From NCBI RefSeq assembly GCF_964355755.1, contig NC_092672.1, positions 31,378,437 to 31,442,436 on the forward strand: a stretch of DNA of 64,000 nucleotides, read 5' to 3'. This DNA is from Antedon mediterranea (Eukaryota; Animalia; Echinodermata). Shown here piece by piece: positions 1-15,157 of the stretch. The translations under genes and the position numbers were made by a program. Below the pieces are notes generated by a model. The model saw nothing but the letters and a program-made list of their open reading frames with translations, was not told where the DNA came from and did no database searches. Position 1 is the stretch's first letter; every line of letters begins with the position of its first letter.

Positions 1-3000
1 TTTTAAATTAAGTTATACCAAAATAAGGACTTAAGAATACACAATAAGTATTGCTAAATTTACAAATATAATAAATACCTCAATAGAGTGAATTATCTCC
101 CTCTCACCTGTGTACACCTGGGTGGGTTCTCCAGGTAAACAGGTAAGACTTTTCAAGATAACAATTGTATTTAAATAGTCAACACAAAAGAATGTTAATA
201 TGACTCATTTTAGCAATTACAAATATTAGGACGATAAATTCATACCACAAAAATTGATAACAAAATACCTGAATTAATATTATTTGGATATTAATAGGAT
301 GGATTTAGTTTTATCAAGGGTGGTAATGAAAAAAATGATGACATCACTGTATCTATAATCTTTTTGTCTGCATATTACTACTACAGTAGTCCATCAATAC
401 ACTCCCAAATGCAAAAATCCGAAAAGTGAATTGGCCACTATTCAAAGCATTCACTGGACCTGGGCAAGCCCAAATCTGTAGCGCAACTATGAGCACTCAC
501 TGGCTAAACCAAGGGCCTCAGAGCTTACAGGGCTCCAGGGTAACTTCCCAGTGTTGGAGGACCCCTTAGAAAGTCCTAAACCAGGGGCCTTTGCACACTG
601 CGTTTGCAACTGCCCCGAATATATGGATTTTCCATTCCATTTTACTAATTTAACACAATTTGTGGTATAGAAAAGATTGAACCAAATACTTTGCATTCGT
701 AAGCAAGAATTTTAACAACCAAGTTTGAATACCACTAAAAACCTCATCTGTCAACTGCGTAATTTAAGTTCAGTTGCATGGATTATAACGGTAATAAAAA
801 ATACTTGCAACAACGGAAATTGAGAAAACATGCTCTTATTCTATTATCAATAATGTTCTATTTAAACATTTGATTGCATTTTACAATTAATGTTGACTGA
901 TTCTATTGTAATTAAGTTTAAAGGGTTGAGTAAAAGGAAGTTAAATGTGAAATTTACCACGCTGATTTATAAGGCGATACTACGTCTACGATTTAATTGA
1001 AATAATTCTGTTCTAGTTTCAATGACTCTTACACTTTCATCAGAAAAAACAACACAAGGTTTACATAATGAATAGGTATTGACAGACAGGCATGTTTTAG
1101 TATTTTTGCTGATTTGATAAGCCCACTCTGGGATGTATAAGCCTATTCCTAGAGTAATAGTTATTAAATAAAGATATATTTTACTATTTAAGAAACACTT
1201 CATTAAAAACCAAATGAAAAAGTTTTAAGTTCAATAGTAAACATTTGTTTAAAAAGAATCTCAAAATCAACCAGGAAAAACTAATTGAATATGAAACAGT
1301 AAATATTGAAAACATCTTAAGAATTAAATAAGCGATACCCTGTGGGCTCGAACACAGAATCTTCTGCTTAATATGTAGATGCCCTACCATTAGACCGTAT
1401 AATCAAATGTAACAGTGATAGTGCTTGAAGCTTCTTGTAGAATACTAATTCCTAATACTTGGCATAACAGCACGTACAGTATACTAACTATAAAGAACTT
1501 GTACAAGTATGTACTTGAAAATGTTAAAAAACTATTTATTTATGTGTCAGTATTAACCAAGCATTGTTTATTAGTATAACCTATATATTGTTATTCTTTA
1601 TTTTCTGTTCAAACATTAATACCTCATGTTGTTGATAATTAATTAATAATTGGAGCAACAGATGGAGCTGACATTTGGAAACCAGAAAGTTCACTTCTGT
1701 AGTCTTCTTACAGAGACAAGTTACTCTATATAAAATATATTTTTATAATATAGTTTTTTTTATGAATAATTGTTACTCAGCAGAACCTCTTCCTTTGGGA
1801 CAACCTTAAGGGTACACTTTGTGAAACTAAAAAGGAAAAAAATATTATGTTTAACAGGACGGTCAACCCTTAATCAGGGACAATTACAGTAGTAAATTTG
1901 GTCAGACAAAATGTTTGGCGAAAAATATATTTGGTGACAAATAAATTTATTGACAAATAAATTTGATGACAAATAGGTTTAGTGAGAAATATTAAGTTAG
2001 AAACAGTCATCATGAAATTTAAATACAAGAGACTGTTTAAAACTACTTTTTTTTTAAACTAAAAAAACTGAACTAATTGATTTAATTAAGTGGGACAATC
2101 AATTATGTTTACACGTGATGGCCCTTAAGGTTTGTCTCTTTGTGTGCTTCTTTATTTTGTTAATTGCTTGATTGGCCTACATTTAAAGTTCAACTAAGAC
2201 ATGTTTACACATATGCTTGTCTAAATATAAAACAATTATGATTTAAGTGAGCTAATAACTTATCTTTCTAAATTTCTAGGACACAGTAGTAATTTAACAT
2301 GGTTTAGAATCAAATATAAAAAAAAACATCTCAGATATCCAATTTAATAAAACCATAATTTGAAGCTACTGCTGTTATTATGAAAATGGAACATCACAAA
2401 ATATTCTTTTATCTTTAAGCATTTGCTTTATGAAGAAAGTATGGAAAGCCTACTTGGTATAAGTAATTACTGGCAATTTTCTTTGCTTAAATCCAAAATA
2501 TCATAAAACAAATAATTTAAAACTTTAATTGACTTTAAAACTCTAAAATTTATAAATATTTTTGTTGCATTTTCTTATATTATAAGTTGCAATGATAAAT
2601 GTAAATTGTTATTTGTGAGAGTGACCATGCATCTTGGATGTATCTAAGATAAGAAACATGCAGTTTCACTAATCCTAAAACGCTCTCAAAGGAAATCCCT
2701 TGAAATCTTAAATAATCCTAATACCATCATCGATTATAAAAATCCACTTACTTTGTGTATCTGATTAATCGTACGCCTTCCTTCATATTTGGATATGATA
2801 GTTTGTGCATTCCTTATCTAAAAATCCATTAATATTGGTCCTATTCATAGAATAGGATGTAACACTCAAAAAGAATTAAAAGACTCCCAGTCAAAACCAA
2901 AGCATCCTAGCACTGCAGTAACCAACAAGCAAATGATAGTGGTAGTGATTGGTGAAAAGGTCAGGTCTAACCACATATCAAATCTGATTATACGCTGAAA

Positions 3001-5925
3001 CGAGCAACAGAGTTTTTTCTCTAGTAGTAGTAACCTATCACTTGAATTCCTAAGCTCTTTGTAAAGTTACAGCAAGAACATTGTTTGAGAGTTGTTGATC
3101 CATTAAAAGTAGATTAGCAAAAAGATAAAAGCTTCAGAGAGCGTGGTTAAATGATACAATAACTGAGGGCTTTGCAGTGCAGGTAAACGATGCTGTAATA
3201 ACAACACTGCACTCCGTTCTAACAAGAGTCCGAGTCGGGTGTAGGAGGCTTACAGCCGTCCAGGTAATAACAGAGTCAATTACATGCATGTGACTTCACA
3301 TGTTGTGTGAACACGCGTGTTTTGGAGCACTAGTGACCCCAGCTGTTCTGAGGTCATTCCTTACCCCTCAAGTAAAATAAGGAGAACATCTGGATATATA
3401 CAGATGTTTTAAAGAATTGATTGCAATTTGAAACCAGGTGCATTTGTTTCATAATTTGTTTACTACTTAATAAAATACACAGGTTGAACACCTCCATGGG
3501 TTGAACACCTCCAACAAAACAAACATTTTAATATTAAAATAAACTAATTTAGTAAAAAAGTACAACGCAAGAAAACTATTTCCTAGTCAGAAAAATGTTT
3601 GGAAAATTAGTTTTGTTAAATGAATATATTATAAATCAAATATGAATGTTTAGTTTTGAAATATAAAGTTGGTATGAGTGATTTACGAGTGTGTAAACGT
3701 GCACCAATGCAATGAATTCAGTAAAAATATCATATTTGCGTCATGAGGGGCAAAATTATGAAAACATAAATACCAGTGATGGTTTGAAACCTACATCATG
3801 AAAGTTATCAAAACTATTTTGCGATGAGATTATAATTACAATTAATTTTTTTTATTTCAATGGACATTAATAATAATAATCAAATATTTTTATAGCGCCA
3901 ATTCCAAAAAGATGATCTAAGAAATTTCGAAATAAATTGGGTTAAATTTACAAAAGGAGGGAATTTGTTCAAAAAAGAACTGATTGTTTGTGCATTGAAA
4001 ATTGAATATTTTTGACAGACTATTAATATTTATATGTTACTGCTCCTCTGTTACAACAAATCCTAGATCCGCCTATGAAACTAGAATTCAGATGGTAATG
4101 TTACTATGGATTTACATAAACCAACAGTTTTAATTTGCATATAAAATCTTGTGGAAAACGTGGGTTTAATTACACGTACCAATGATACCCACTCTTACCA
4201 TTCTCCAATATTCCTCATCATCAGAGTTCTCAGATGAGCGAGAGTGTCTTATTAGCGGATAAGTCCAATCAAATCAGAAAATGCCAAGAATTCAAACTAA
4301 GCAAACTATGACAGATGGCTGTTAATAATCATCTTTCATCTCAATCATCATCACATGAAATTGAAACACTTCCTCATATACAACTGTAAACACATTCTCT
4401 CCTTGCCACAATTCAATTAAAAGATCTATGAACTGGAGTATTGACCACTATTTGAAATGTAAAACCCTTCCTTTGGACATTCCTATTCAGTGGTCAACCC
4501 TATTAAGGGGACACTATCTTACAGGGCGAACCTTTTTCTAAAGTGAGCTTTAAAAAAACCTTTTGTTGGAAAACGAACCCTTCTGTAAAAATCCTAGCTA
4601 ATGGTATGAATTTAAACACAAACAAAATCAAAAAAATTAAAGTTTGATCAATTCCTTCCTTTGGTAAAATAAAAGAGAGAGTCTCTCATAAAACAATAAC
4701 TTAAAATATATTGTGGCACCAGCCTGAAGGGTTATTAAAACAAAAGAGCTAAAATTATCTACCCGTATTTTAAATATGTATGTGATTATTACAAACTTTA
4801 TGTATTTGAACTTCTATATAAAGTTCATAACGCCTACATTGTGTATGTCCGAGAAAGCAAACAAAAAGAACAGGCAGTACTGAGAGGATGGGAAGAGTGG
4901 ATGGTGCCGTCTCTTTCAATCTAATTTTTCTTCATTGCAGCGTTACAAAAAAAGTTTTTTTTCTTTCTTTTTTTGATGATTGAACATTTCTTGGCGATTG
5001 AGCATTTAAAAAACCACCAAAAAAATTTGAAAATTAGAAAACAATACACTAGAGTGCATATATAAAGTTTACCTTAATTTTTCAGAGAAAACTATTCTAT
5101 TTTCTTAAACCACCATGATTCTTAATAAAAATTGGATTGATTTGTTTTTTTCTATATCACCCTCTAATTTCAGTTTTTAACTTTTGGTTTATTATTCTAG
5201 TAAGAATAGATGTATTAGTCATTTGTCAATAACACAAATTTTACTACAAAAAAAAAACACTTTTGACTGAGCGACCCTGTTTTTCAACTTTTAAAGGCAA
5301 ATTTTATTGTCCTATGATCAAATTGAATGCAAGGTTATTGTTTTATATGTCAATGACCACATTAAGTTTTAATAATGGGTAATAATAAATATGCTTCCCT
5401 CAACTCAACTTCAAACATAAGTTTGTTTGCTCAAGTGTTTAAAAGCTTATGGTATACCAAAATAAATAATTTAACAATTAATTAAAACTCTTCACAAGGA
5501 TTTTAATCAGATTGCAATGTAAACACAGATCAAAACAATGCAATTAAGTGCCCTAAATTTAGTCACCTTCTATGAGGTTTTCTAAACATGATAGACTCTC
5601 AAAACTTAAAGTTGTTAAAGACTTAGTGGCTAATCCTGTGGAACTTCTGTGTTTCTAAATCTATGATACCTTCTGTCTAAACATCTACTTTCTTAAAATG
5701 TTTGACACTTTTGTAATCACAGAATAATGTAGTACACCATTTTAAACAAGTTGTACAGTAGTATTGGTTTAAAGAAACAAGTTTTTAGTAACAGGTATAA
5801 TGAAGGATGTAATTGTGTGAAGGTAGTAAGTAAAAGATGTCTATCCAGCCTTATTTGATAGCCTTTACTGTCCAGATACTTAATTATTAGGTTTACAGTT
5901 TAACTGTAGAAAACTCTTTCTTTAA

Positions 5926-6551
5926 AGCCCCCTTCCCTACGTTTTTTAGATCTAATTTAAGATCACAAACTATATTTAATGTAAAAATAATACTATATGA
6001 TCCTATTGCGATAACTTTTTTCGTCTTTAAACGGTTAAAAATGTGAAAAATAAGTCGATTCTAATAATTATAGCGGCCCGCTATAAATCCCAAAATGCAT
6101 TGTGCGCGGATTGATATTTTTGTTTTTCACCTGTAATTCGCCCACTTTTCGATCGATCGTGAGGCCAAAACAAATGGAAGACTCCTAACTTTTCAGCGAA
6201 AATACCGGGTTTTCCCCAATTTGTATCAACGGAGTCTGGCAAAAATAGAAAGACAATTAATGCAGCAACTATACAACGTCAGGCTAGGTATATAGCTAGC
6301 GTACGATGTTCGTACGTTACCGATGTTTACCAGCTAGGCCTACAAAACTAAGCCTAGCTAGGCTAGGCTAAGACCGTCCACGAGAGGTCGATCGCCGCGA
6401 GCTACTTAGGTAGTGCATTGTTTCTCACTTTTTTATCATAATTTACCATAAAACGTACATTTAAGACAAGGAATGACATGGTTTAATGTTTTTAAAGTGA
6501 TATATATGTATTATTTTCCAAAAAACGTCCAAAATTGCAGGGAAGGGGTCT
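5926..6551. mobile_element. Non-autonomous Kolobok-type element (626 bp)
   Basis: TTAA at 5922-5925 and 6552-6555; TIR AGCCCCCTTCCCT / AGGGAAGGGGTCT (1 mismatch in 13); AG..CT termini; CpG-rich interior with no ORF. Confidence 0.75.
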
Positions 6552-8329
6552 TTAAATATAATTGTTAAATTTAATCATTTTCTGTCTAAACTAACAACTA
6601 CCACTGTAAATGTACTTTTTCCAAAAAGACTATCATCAGTATTGAATATTTTGATTACAGTATCTCATTAGGAATCCGATGTAAACAAACAAACAAGTTG
6701 CTCGAAAAGAAAACAGTTTAGCTCTATGTATATAATCTGTAGGCCTACTATAGTCTATTCCATGGTGAATAACAAGCTTGCAAAGTGTCAATTAATTCCC
6801 TCTTTCCTCAACCACCTACACACATTCTTGCTAGCCTGGAAACTTCATATTTAAAACGCACATGAAACTTAACACCATGAGAATCTAATAAAACCCAAGA
6901 AACATTATTAATAACAGATAAAGATAAATCCCTATTTCTTACCATGATTCCTGTACATTTTTGTTTCCAGAATTTACCAAAATGGAAATCAGGGTTGTTT
7001 TTTAGCAGACTATAAACTTGGCAGCTAGGCTAAGCTTGCAGTGTTTATTCCAGGATGTAACATTCTCCTCTGAGCCTACTGTTGATGCCTAAACAGTTGC
7101 CCTAACATGACCCTGCCATATAAATCCTTTTACCAAGACAGCTGGCTTACACAGCTAATAACTGTATTAGGCTACAATCTACCACAAGCATAAATCCTTC
7201 ATAAACTACTATACTGTATAAAACAGCAATAAAATACCCTTAAATTTCCTCATTATGCATAAACGTTGAATGAAAAAAACAATAGGTTTACCAATTATGC
7301 ATATATTATTATAAATAGGTTGATTTTAGGCATTGTTAATATTTGTATATCTGAAGTTTTGTTTGTAGAATTTGAGACTACATAAGGATTTAAAGGGAGG
7401 TCACTGGAGACTGGATGTGTCTTGTAAAAGCACCTTACCAAGGTCACAATGAATAAGCCCCCTAATTGTGGTAATTCCATACAGGCTGGTAAATAAAAAA
7501 GAACTGAATTGACTGCTAAAACATCTGTTCACATTGTATTAGTACAATATATTATTGTATTGTATAATATAGTAATGTGATATGTTTACTGTGTAGATTT
7601 TAGTAATAAATATTTCTAAGCTAATAAGCCAATCATTTGATCAATCAATCAATAAACCATGTATTGGTCATCAATCAATTAATTAATATATACAATTATT
7701 TATTTATCGAATTAACTTGCTCATCAATTTATCAGTGTATTTGATTGACTGGTTAACGAAAGTTATTGAATCAAATGTACATTGATCAATATTAATCAAT
7801 ATGCTAATTACTGATCAATCAATCAAATCAAACATATGGATCAATCAATATGCCTGATTAGATATCAATCCAATCAAATTGTATTGATTAATCAATCAAT
7901 ATAAATTATTACTAATAAATCCAATTAAATTTATCAATCATTCATTATATATTTATCATTTAAATAAGCAATAAATGAATAAGAACATACCAGTAATTTT
8001 AAATTAATTACATCCTTTATTTGTAGTCAAAATTAACATTCATACTTTGATCCAAATCAGGGTCATATTATTTTAATGAGATCAAATCCAGATTGAAATT
8101 TAAGGTAGGTTGCAAGGATGGAATAAATTATTAATCAAAAACGAGTAAATTGAGACAGATAACATTGACACAATTATCCAATTTCATAATCCACATAAAC
8201 TCTGATGAATAGTACGGTATGGCAGCTATGTATTATAATTATGCATCCTTATTTTAATAAGTCACATGATATTGATAATGGACACTTATGAGGAAGTTTA
8301 TTTGTTCAAATTTAATTAATAGCCATACA

Positions 8330-9490
8330 CTAAGCACTATATACACTATGTACACTTGTTAGACACTATTACACTTGTCAGATGCACTATATATATTCTG
8401 TGCATTTGTCAGGTGTAATGTGTACACAGTATGTACTTCTATGTACACTTGTCGGCTGCATTACACTTGTCAGACGCACTATATACACTATGTACACTTG
8501 TCAGACGCACTATATACACTATGTACACTTGTCAGACGCACTATATACACTATGTACACTTGTCAGACGCACTATATACACTATGTACACTTGGATGCAT
8601 TACACTTGTCAGACGCACTATATACACTATGTACACTTGTCAGACGCACTATATACACTATGTACACTTGTCAGACGCACTATATACACTCAGTACACTT
8701 GTTGGATGTATTACATTTGTCAGATGCACTACATACACTTGAAGAACACACTGAATATACTACAGTATGTACACTTGGATGCATTACACTTGTAGACGCA
8801 CTATATACACTATGTACACTTGTCAGACGCACTATATACACTATGTACACTTGGATGCATTACACTTGTCAGACGCACTATATACACTATGTACACTTGT
8901 CAGACGCACTATATACACTATGTACACTTGTCAGACGCACTATATACACTATGTACACTTGGATGCATTACACTTGTCAGACGCACTATATACACTATGT
9001 ACACTTGTCAGACGCACTATATACACTATGTACACTTGTCAGACGCACTATATACACTCAGTACACTTGTTGGATGTATTACATTTGTCAGATGCACTAC
9101 ATACACTTGAAGAACACACTGAATATACTACAGTATGTACACTTGGATGCATTACACTTGTAGACGCACTATATACACTATGTACACTTGTCAGACGCAC
9201 TATATACACTATGTACACTTGTCAGACGCACTATATACACTATGTACACTTGTCAGACGCACTATATACACTATGTACACTGTGACTTGTCAGACGCACT
9301 ATATACACTATGTACACTTGTTGGATGTATTACATTTGTCATGCACTACATACACTTGAAGAATATGAACTTGAAGAATATAAACTGAATATACTATATA
9401 CACTTGGATGCATTACACTTGTCAGACGCACTATATACACTATGTACACTTGTCAGACGCACTATATACACTATGTACACTTTATACACA
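8330..9490. repeat. 31-bp minisatellite with 368-bp higher-order duplication
   Basis: Unit CACTTGTCAGACGCACTATATACACTATGTA; the variant block GAAGAACACACTGAATATACTACAG occurs at 8741 and 9109. Confidence 0.95.
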
Positions 9491-12400
9491 CTATAGCACA
9501 CTTTTTGGATATAGGTGATTATTATGTTATCTTTAAGAAAAACCTAGAAGCTAAGAACACCATATTGTTATAGAAAATACCTGCAAAAAATACATCAGCT
9601 CTACCTTGAATAAAATCCTCAATTAAACTATACAGTTAATCAGAATCAGAGAAAGCAATAATTATTAACATCCGGATATTTTCTGACAGGGTCACTCAAA
9701 ACATAATACTCATACTTAATTTATAAGTATTTAGTAGATCCTATCTAAAGACCACCTCTTTCTAGGACCACTCTATTGTTATATGCGCAATCTAGCTTTA
9801 ATATTTTAAAAAAAAATGATTTGTTTATATTGTACAGATTCTCAGAATCTATTAATTGAAGAGATTATAGAAGCTATTTCGATCGACATGGTAATTAATT
9901 CGACACTAAACACAGAAGAAACCATTTATTTTCTAGTTTTCTCAATAATTAATGGGTGTCTGATCTAGAAAATCAAATGCCATAAAGATTCACCAATAAC
10001 TCTTGTATAGATATTTAGTACATGGACCAACAGACAAGCAAACATGGTATAAATATTGGATGAAGTAATAAATAAATCTGAATCGGTGAAAAAAATGTAT
10101 TTAAATTTTGCTACAAGTTTTGTATCAGATATCTTGTACATGGACATAACAAGCAAACATGGTTGTGAGCATACAGTAGGAGGGAATAAATGAATCTGAA
10201 ACAGGGGAAAAATGTAATGAAATTGTGCTAAGAGTTTTGTATCAGATATCTTGTACATGGGCAGACAAGCAAACAGGGTTGTGAGCATATTGTAGGAGGG
10301 AATACATGTATGCGAGCATAACAACAGGGAAGCATCAGGACGTACTTCCTTCAAGCATGTCGTCAAACGTGGATTTTGATACACTTGATTCAACTCTGAT
10401 AAAACAATGCACTTTCGATCATGTTTCTACCAGCTCTTTAAACAATCAGCCTAGGCAAACCAAACACTAGATTACCATCGAAAGTAGAATATATTTAAAC
10501 GATTAAAGTACATAGTGATAGCAATATTTACAAAATAAAACATATTATCTTACCCTGAGCCATTTTGATTCCTAATATATATCAAATAATAAGCAAGACC
10601 ATAACAATTGCGAATGAAAAAAAAAACCACTTGTTTTACAATGCTCGAGAATTTGAACGGAATTGCAACAGGAAGAGAATTTCCTGCTTGAGGTTTCGAT
10701 TCTACTACAGGAAGAGAAGACAATCGGATATTCCAAATATGGGCGTAGGTAGGGCATTGGTAGAAAGAAGTGTGCAATACAAGGTGCATATAAAAAAAAA
10801 ATCATTGATTGTTATGTTTTTTTTTATTGATTCGAATTCTAGTATATTGCAAAAAAATTATATAATAAAATATTATGTAAATGAAAGATAAACATATTCT
10901 TGTATTATATTGATTTTTTAACAATTGGTTAACGTTTAAGTAGCAGATATAATGTATATTGATTCAGATATTATAACATTTTGTCTAATATGGTTTTGGT
11001 TGAATTTAAATTTACCGATTATTAAAAGGGGGATGAAAAAGGGGAGGATGAAAAAGGGGAGAGGGAAAAAGGGGAGAGGAAAGAGTCGCGGAGAAGGGGG
11101 GGTTGTGGTGGTGAGAATTAGGTGGGAAAAAGTGGGAGGCCAAAGAGAGAAAGAAAGGTCTTTTGGACATTTATTTTATTACTTATAATAAAATAAGTGT
11201 GAGTTTAATATAAAACATGTGAATCGACAGACCACTGAATAAATTCATATTCATTCCCATTTGCTGGTAGTAATAATTATTTATTTTTGAGAACTCCTAC
11301 TTTAAACGTATTTCTGTTAGGTTGTATTCCGATTACCATGGGAAAATTAAAAGCCAACCAAGTGTAACAATGGGGGTGGGGGCGAAGAAGAAAGGGTGAG
11401 AGCAAAGAGGAGAGGGTGGAGACGAAGAGGAGAGGGTGGGGGATTGGGGCTGATGGGTTTGGGGGTTCGATAAACATGGTGAAATGAAATGCTGCTGAAC
11501 TTATCTAATGTCTTATTTTTGCATTATAATTTTCAAATTAAAGAGGGGGTGGGGGTGGGGGCCCTTGGATGTGCCTAAGAATCATAATCATCGGTTTCTA
11601 GGAACATTATCAATATTATTCAGTTATGTTGAGTCATGTCTAACATATTGAGTCATGCCAAGTAATCTTTTACCACAAATGTAATTCCCATGATGATGAT
11701 TATGATCATTTAACAACATCTCAAAATCTACCATCCATTGTTCACATAGGAAATGAATATTACAATGAATTCAACATTTTTAAAACCAAATATACTGACA
11801 GTAGACCACCTAATAACTGGACATATTCCACACCCAAATAAAGTGTCCCCATAATAGAGGTGTCTCCAGAATAGCAGTTTGCCATAGTGTTAAAAGACAT
11901 ACATTGACAGTTCGTTTCACAGGAGAGTGTCCCTTAAATAGGGTGTCCAATGAATTAGACAGTCCCCTGAATAGGGGTGTCCCAAAAAGATGGATTCTGA
12001 TGTACTTACCAGAACCATTGGTAACCAGATGAAGACAAAATCTTCTTTTTATAGTTTCAATATATCTTACGACCACATTTTCAGTACACACTATAACAGT
12101 AAGATTAAATACTGTTGGGATTTCAACCAGTGTTCCGATACTAACAACCCAGCAAGACATCGATTATATTATGTTTTGAGACGACAGGGACCAAGCTGTG
12201 ACAGACAGTGTCTTGTTTCTAAACACGAAACACTAGATAACACCATTGACAGGAAAAGAACATGAAGCGGTGTACATTTTTTTGTATTAAATGCGTTTAC
12301 ATAACCAATCACTTACGGGATTATCAAATGTATTTGTGAATCATAATTGCCGACAGGGGCGGAAGTGGCTTCAAGTAGTATTGAACATATTCTAATAATG

Positions 12401-14405
12401 TAGTTTAATCTAACTAGTCTTTCACAAAATACTATCTATATTTCAATTTTAGTTATTGAAATTATTAAAACATAAATTAATTATGGTATGAAATCTTTTA
12501 ATTTATTATCTTTTTCATTCAGAATTCAAGAATTGTTTGATTCCAATAAATTGATTGATAAATATTAATGATAATAATGAATATTACAATGGTAGGATAA
12601 AGATGATAATGATAGTGATAAATTAATTATGATATGTTAATGTTTCTGTAAAAAAATATGTAATATTGTTATATACAAAAAAAGATGTGACATTTTTGAA
12701 AATATGGTGAATAAACAACTTTAGGTGGTTGAAAAACAAAAAGAATGTTGTGACAATTTGGTTGTTATCCTTCTGGAGAACGATGACGATGTTACAGATA
12801 AATCACAATGATCATGACATCATCATCTTTATGACATAGATGACAAAAACGATAAGATAACAATAATGATTAAAACCATGAACAATGGCTACGCATATAA
12901 TATATAATAAAATAATAACAATAAATAATTGTTTAAGTTTAAGTATATTATATTTAAAACTTATACAAATCAATTTTAAAAACAAAAATTTAAAAAAGCT
13001 GTAATACTTTAATTACATGTGTTTTTTCTCGTATTCTAAAAGATTCAAAGTTGCATAGAAAATGGATAGAACTTTTGTATATATAATCTCATGTATACTT
13101 TTACGTGTGTTAACTAGTATCAGTATAGCCATAATAATGTGTTGTTTGTAAACTATAGTAATCAATAATATAATAATGTCTACAGTCTACATCCAATAAA
13201 TCCCATGTATTTTAAGAGGCACTATATGTCAACAAATAATTATTAGTCCTCTCTCCATGACGGTTGTCACATAATGCTTTGTATTATTTTTTATTGTATT
13301 TATATGTTTCATATGGACAGTTTGTCTGAAATAAAGTTGAATTGAATTGAATTGAATTGAAATAGATCAAAGCTAGCAATTTCAAAAAACTAATATACTA
13401 TAGAAATTTAAAAATTAATACATAACGTTCTTAATATCAACATTTCCCATTAGACGCAACTTGGATAAAAATTCAGCGAGAGTTTACAAGTAACCGAAGG
13501 AAACATTTCAAGTCAATATTCGCATTTCATCACATATCCTAGAAGATAATACTGGCTGACAGGCATTTTGATAATGTCACGTACTTATGGTCGTACATTT
13601 AGGGTATATTATAAACACATTCTGTTCACTATCAACGAAAAAAAAAAAATTACTTGAAATACAAAAATATAAGATTGTGTAATAAAGAAAAATAAATTGA
13701 ACTTTAAAATTGAAAAGTAGGTCACTTGAAGTAGTAGTATGAAGCTACTAACAAAAGCATTATCATGGTAGAAATCTGTGGCCAGAAGCAACATATACAG
13801 TACGCTACACATAAAATTTAAAAATGAATACACCATAAGAGAAACCCTTAAATGTTCACTGAATTAGATGCGTGATCAGTTTTTAAAATAATTTTTTGGC
13901 CAGTAAAAACAATTTGACCCAATGGCTTAGTCTAACTTCTAGACAGAGTTTTGACTTAATTTTAGTAAAAAGATAAATAATTTGGCACATATGGCGTTTC
14001 ATATGTACTACTTGAGCTTAAATTAAAACGTTGACTGGTGGACTAACATAAAAATGACAATAAATACATACTTGGGGCAAGTCTACCAATGGCTGTATGT
14101 ACCAATCTAACTTAAGTGAGATGTTTCCCATAAATAAGTCAATAAATATTGATATTGTTTTCCCTTAAGTGATATTCACTATTGATACTGTAAGAGAATT
14201 TTAAGGGTGTTTTTGTGTAAGGTTCTATCTACACTATCAAACTACTACTAGACAAAAAAAGTATGATGTGCCTAGATATGGTAGTGATATGCTTAAATAT
14301 GGTATTGATAGACAAAGCTTAAGTAAGAAAAAACGGTTAATAAATCCAAGTAAGCTTTCGGTTAGGTTAAACGGTTAGCATAATTAAAACAAAAATGTTT
14401 AGTAC

Positions 14406-14497
14406 CTTGAATAGACTTCTGGCAATGAGTTTGATCTCTTTCGAAGAACCAACGGCGAATGTTTTAAAAGACGATTTTTCGCTTTAATCGACAACAT
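14406..14497 (-). CDS. Candidate short first coding exon (30 codons, phase 2)
   Basis: CAAAATG start context; MLSIKAKNRLLKHSPLVLRKRSNSLPEVYS; donor AAG|GTACTA (weak). Confidence 0.25.
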
Positions 14498-15157
14498 TTT
14501 GACAGTGTTAACAACAACGCAATCCCAACAATAAATAATACGTTTTTTACAATAATTAAAACATGTATGCTACAGTATCACTTGACTTATTGGGTTCTAA
14601 ATCCTGATTCAAATGATTTTATCAAAAGCTTCCGCTTACAATATATAGCTTTAAGGCCTGGAATGTAAACAACAAAATGTTAAGTTGTACAATTGTAGTT
14701 CAGTAGTTGATTGTTGTTTACTAATCCGTAAAGTAATTCAACATGAATACCCTAACACACCAATATATCCTGGTGACGAATTATATATAATATACTGGTG
14801 TTGTGAATAAATTTTACTTCGTCCGGAAATAATAAAAATAAAAATCTGAGCCATAGGTCACCATGTGCAAGAAGTATGACAGTTCAACAAACATATATTA
14901 CCACGAAATACACCTACTGTCAAAATGTCTACAACACCACAATGCAAAAGTAAATTGGCTTCCGTCCGTCCGGACAATTCAAATTTTCTCACTAATGGCC
15001 GAAAAATATCAGCTTAGCTCGTAAAAATGTCAAAATGAAATTGAACTGATACTGCATCTACCAGTGTATTTATCAGTAGTGACGCGTTGTCATTAAATTT
15101 AAGCACTGTACTTTATCAATGAGGTTAAAAGATTTCATAATTAATTAAAGTTTTTAA

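Noticed and set aside
8375-9573. His/Tyr/Cys-rich proteins or a CRISPR-like array
   Set aside because: Head-to-tail 31-bp minisatellite with no unique spacers; ORFs occur in all three frames; eukaryotic context.
11025-11570. G/purine-rich tracts and their ORFs
   Set aside because: Low complexity; G-quadruplex potential only, with no other support.
3361-12020. Other ATG-near-donor hits on the minus strand (about 3365, 6942, 10554, 12009)
   Set aside because: Mixed phases and very short; expected by chance in 64 kb.
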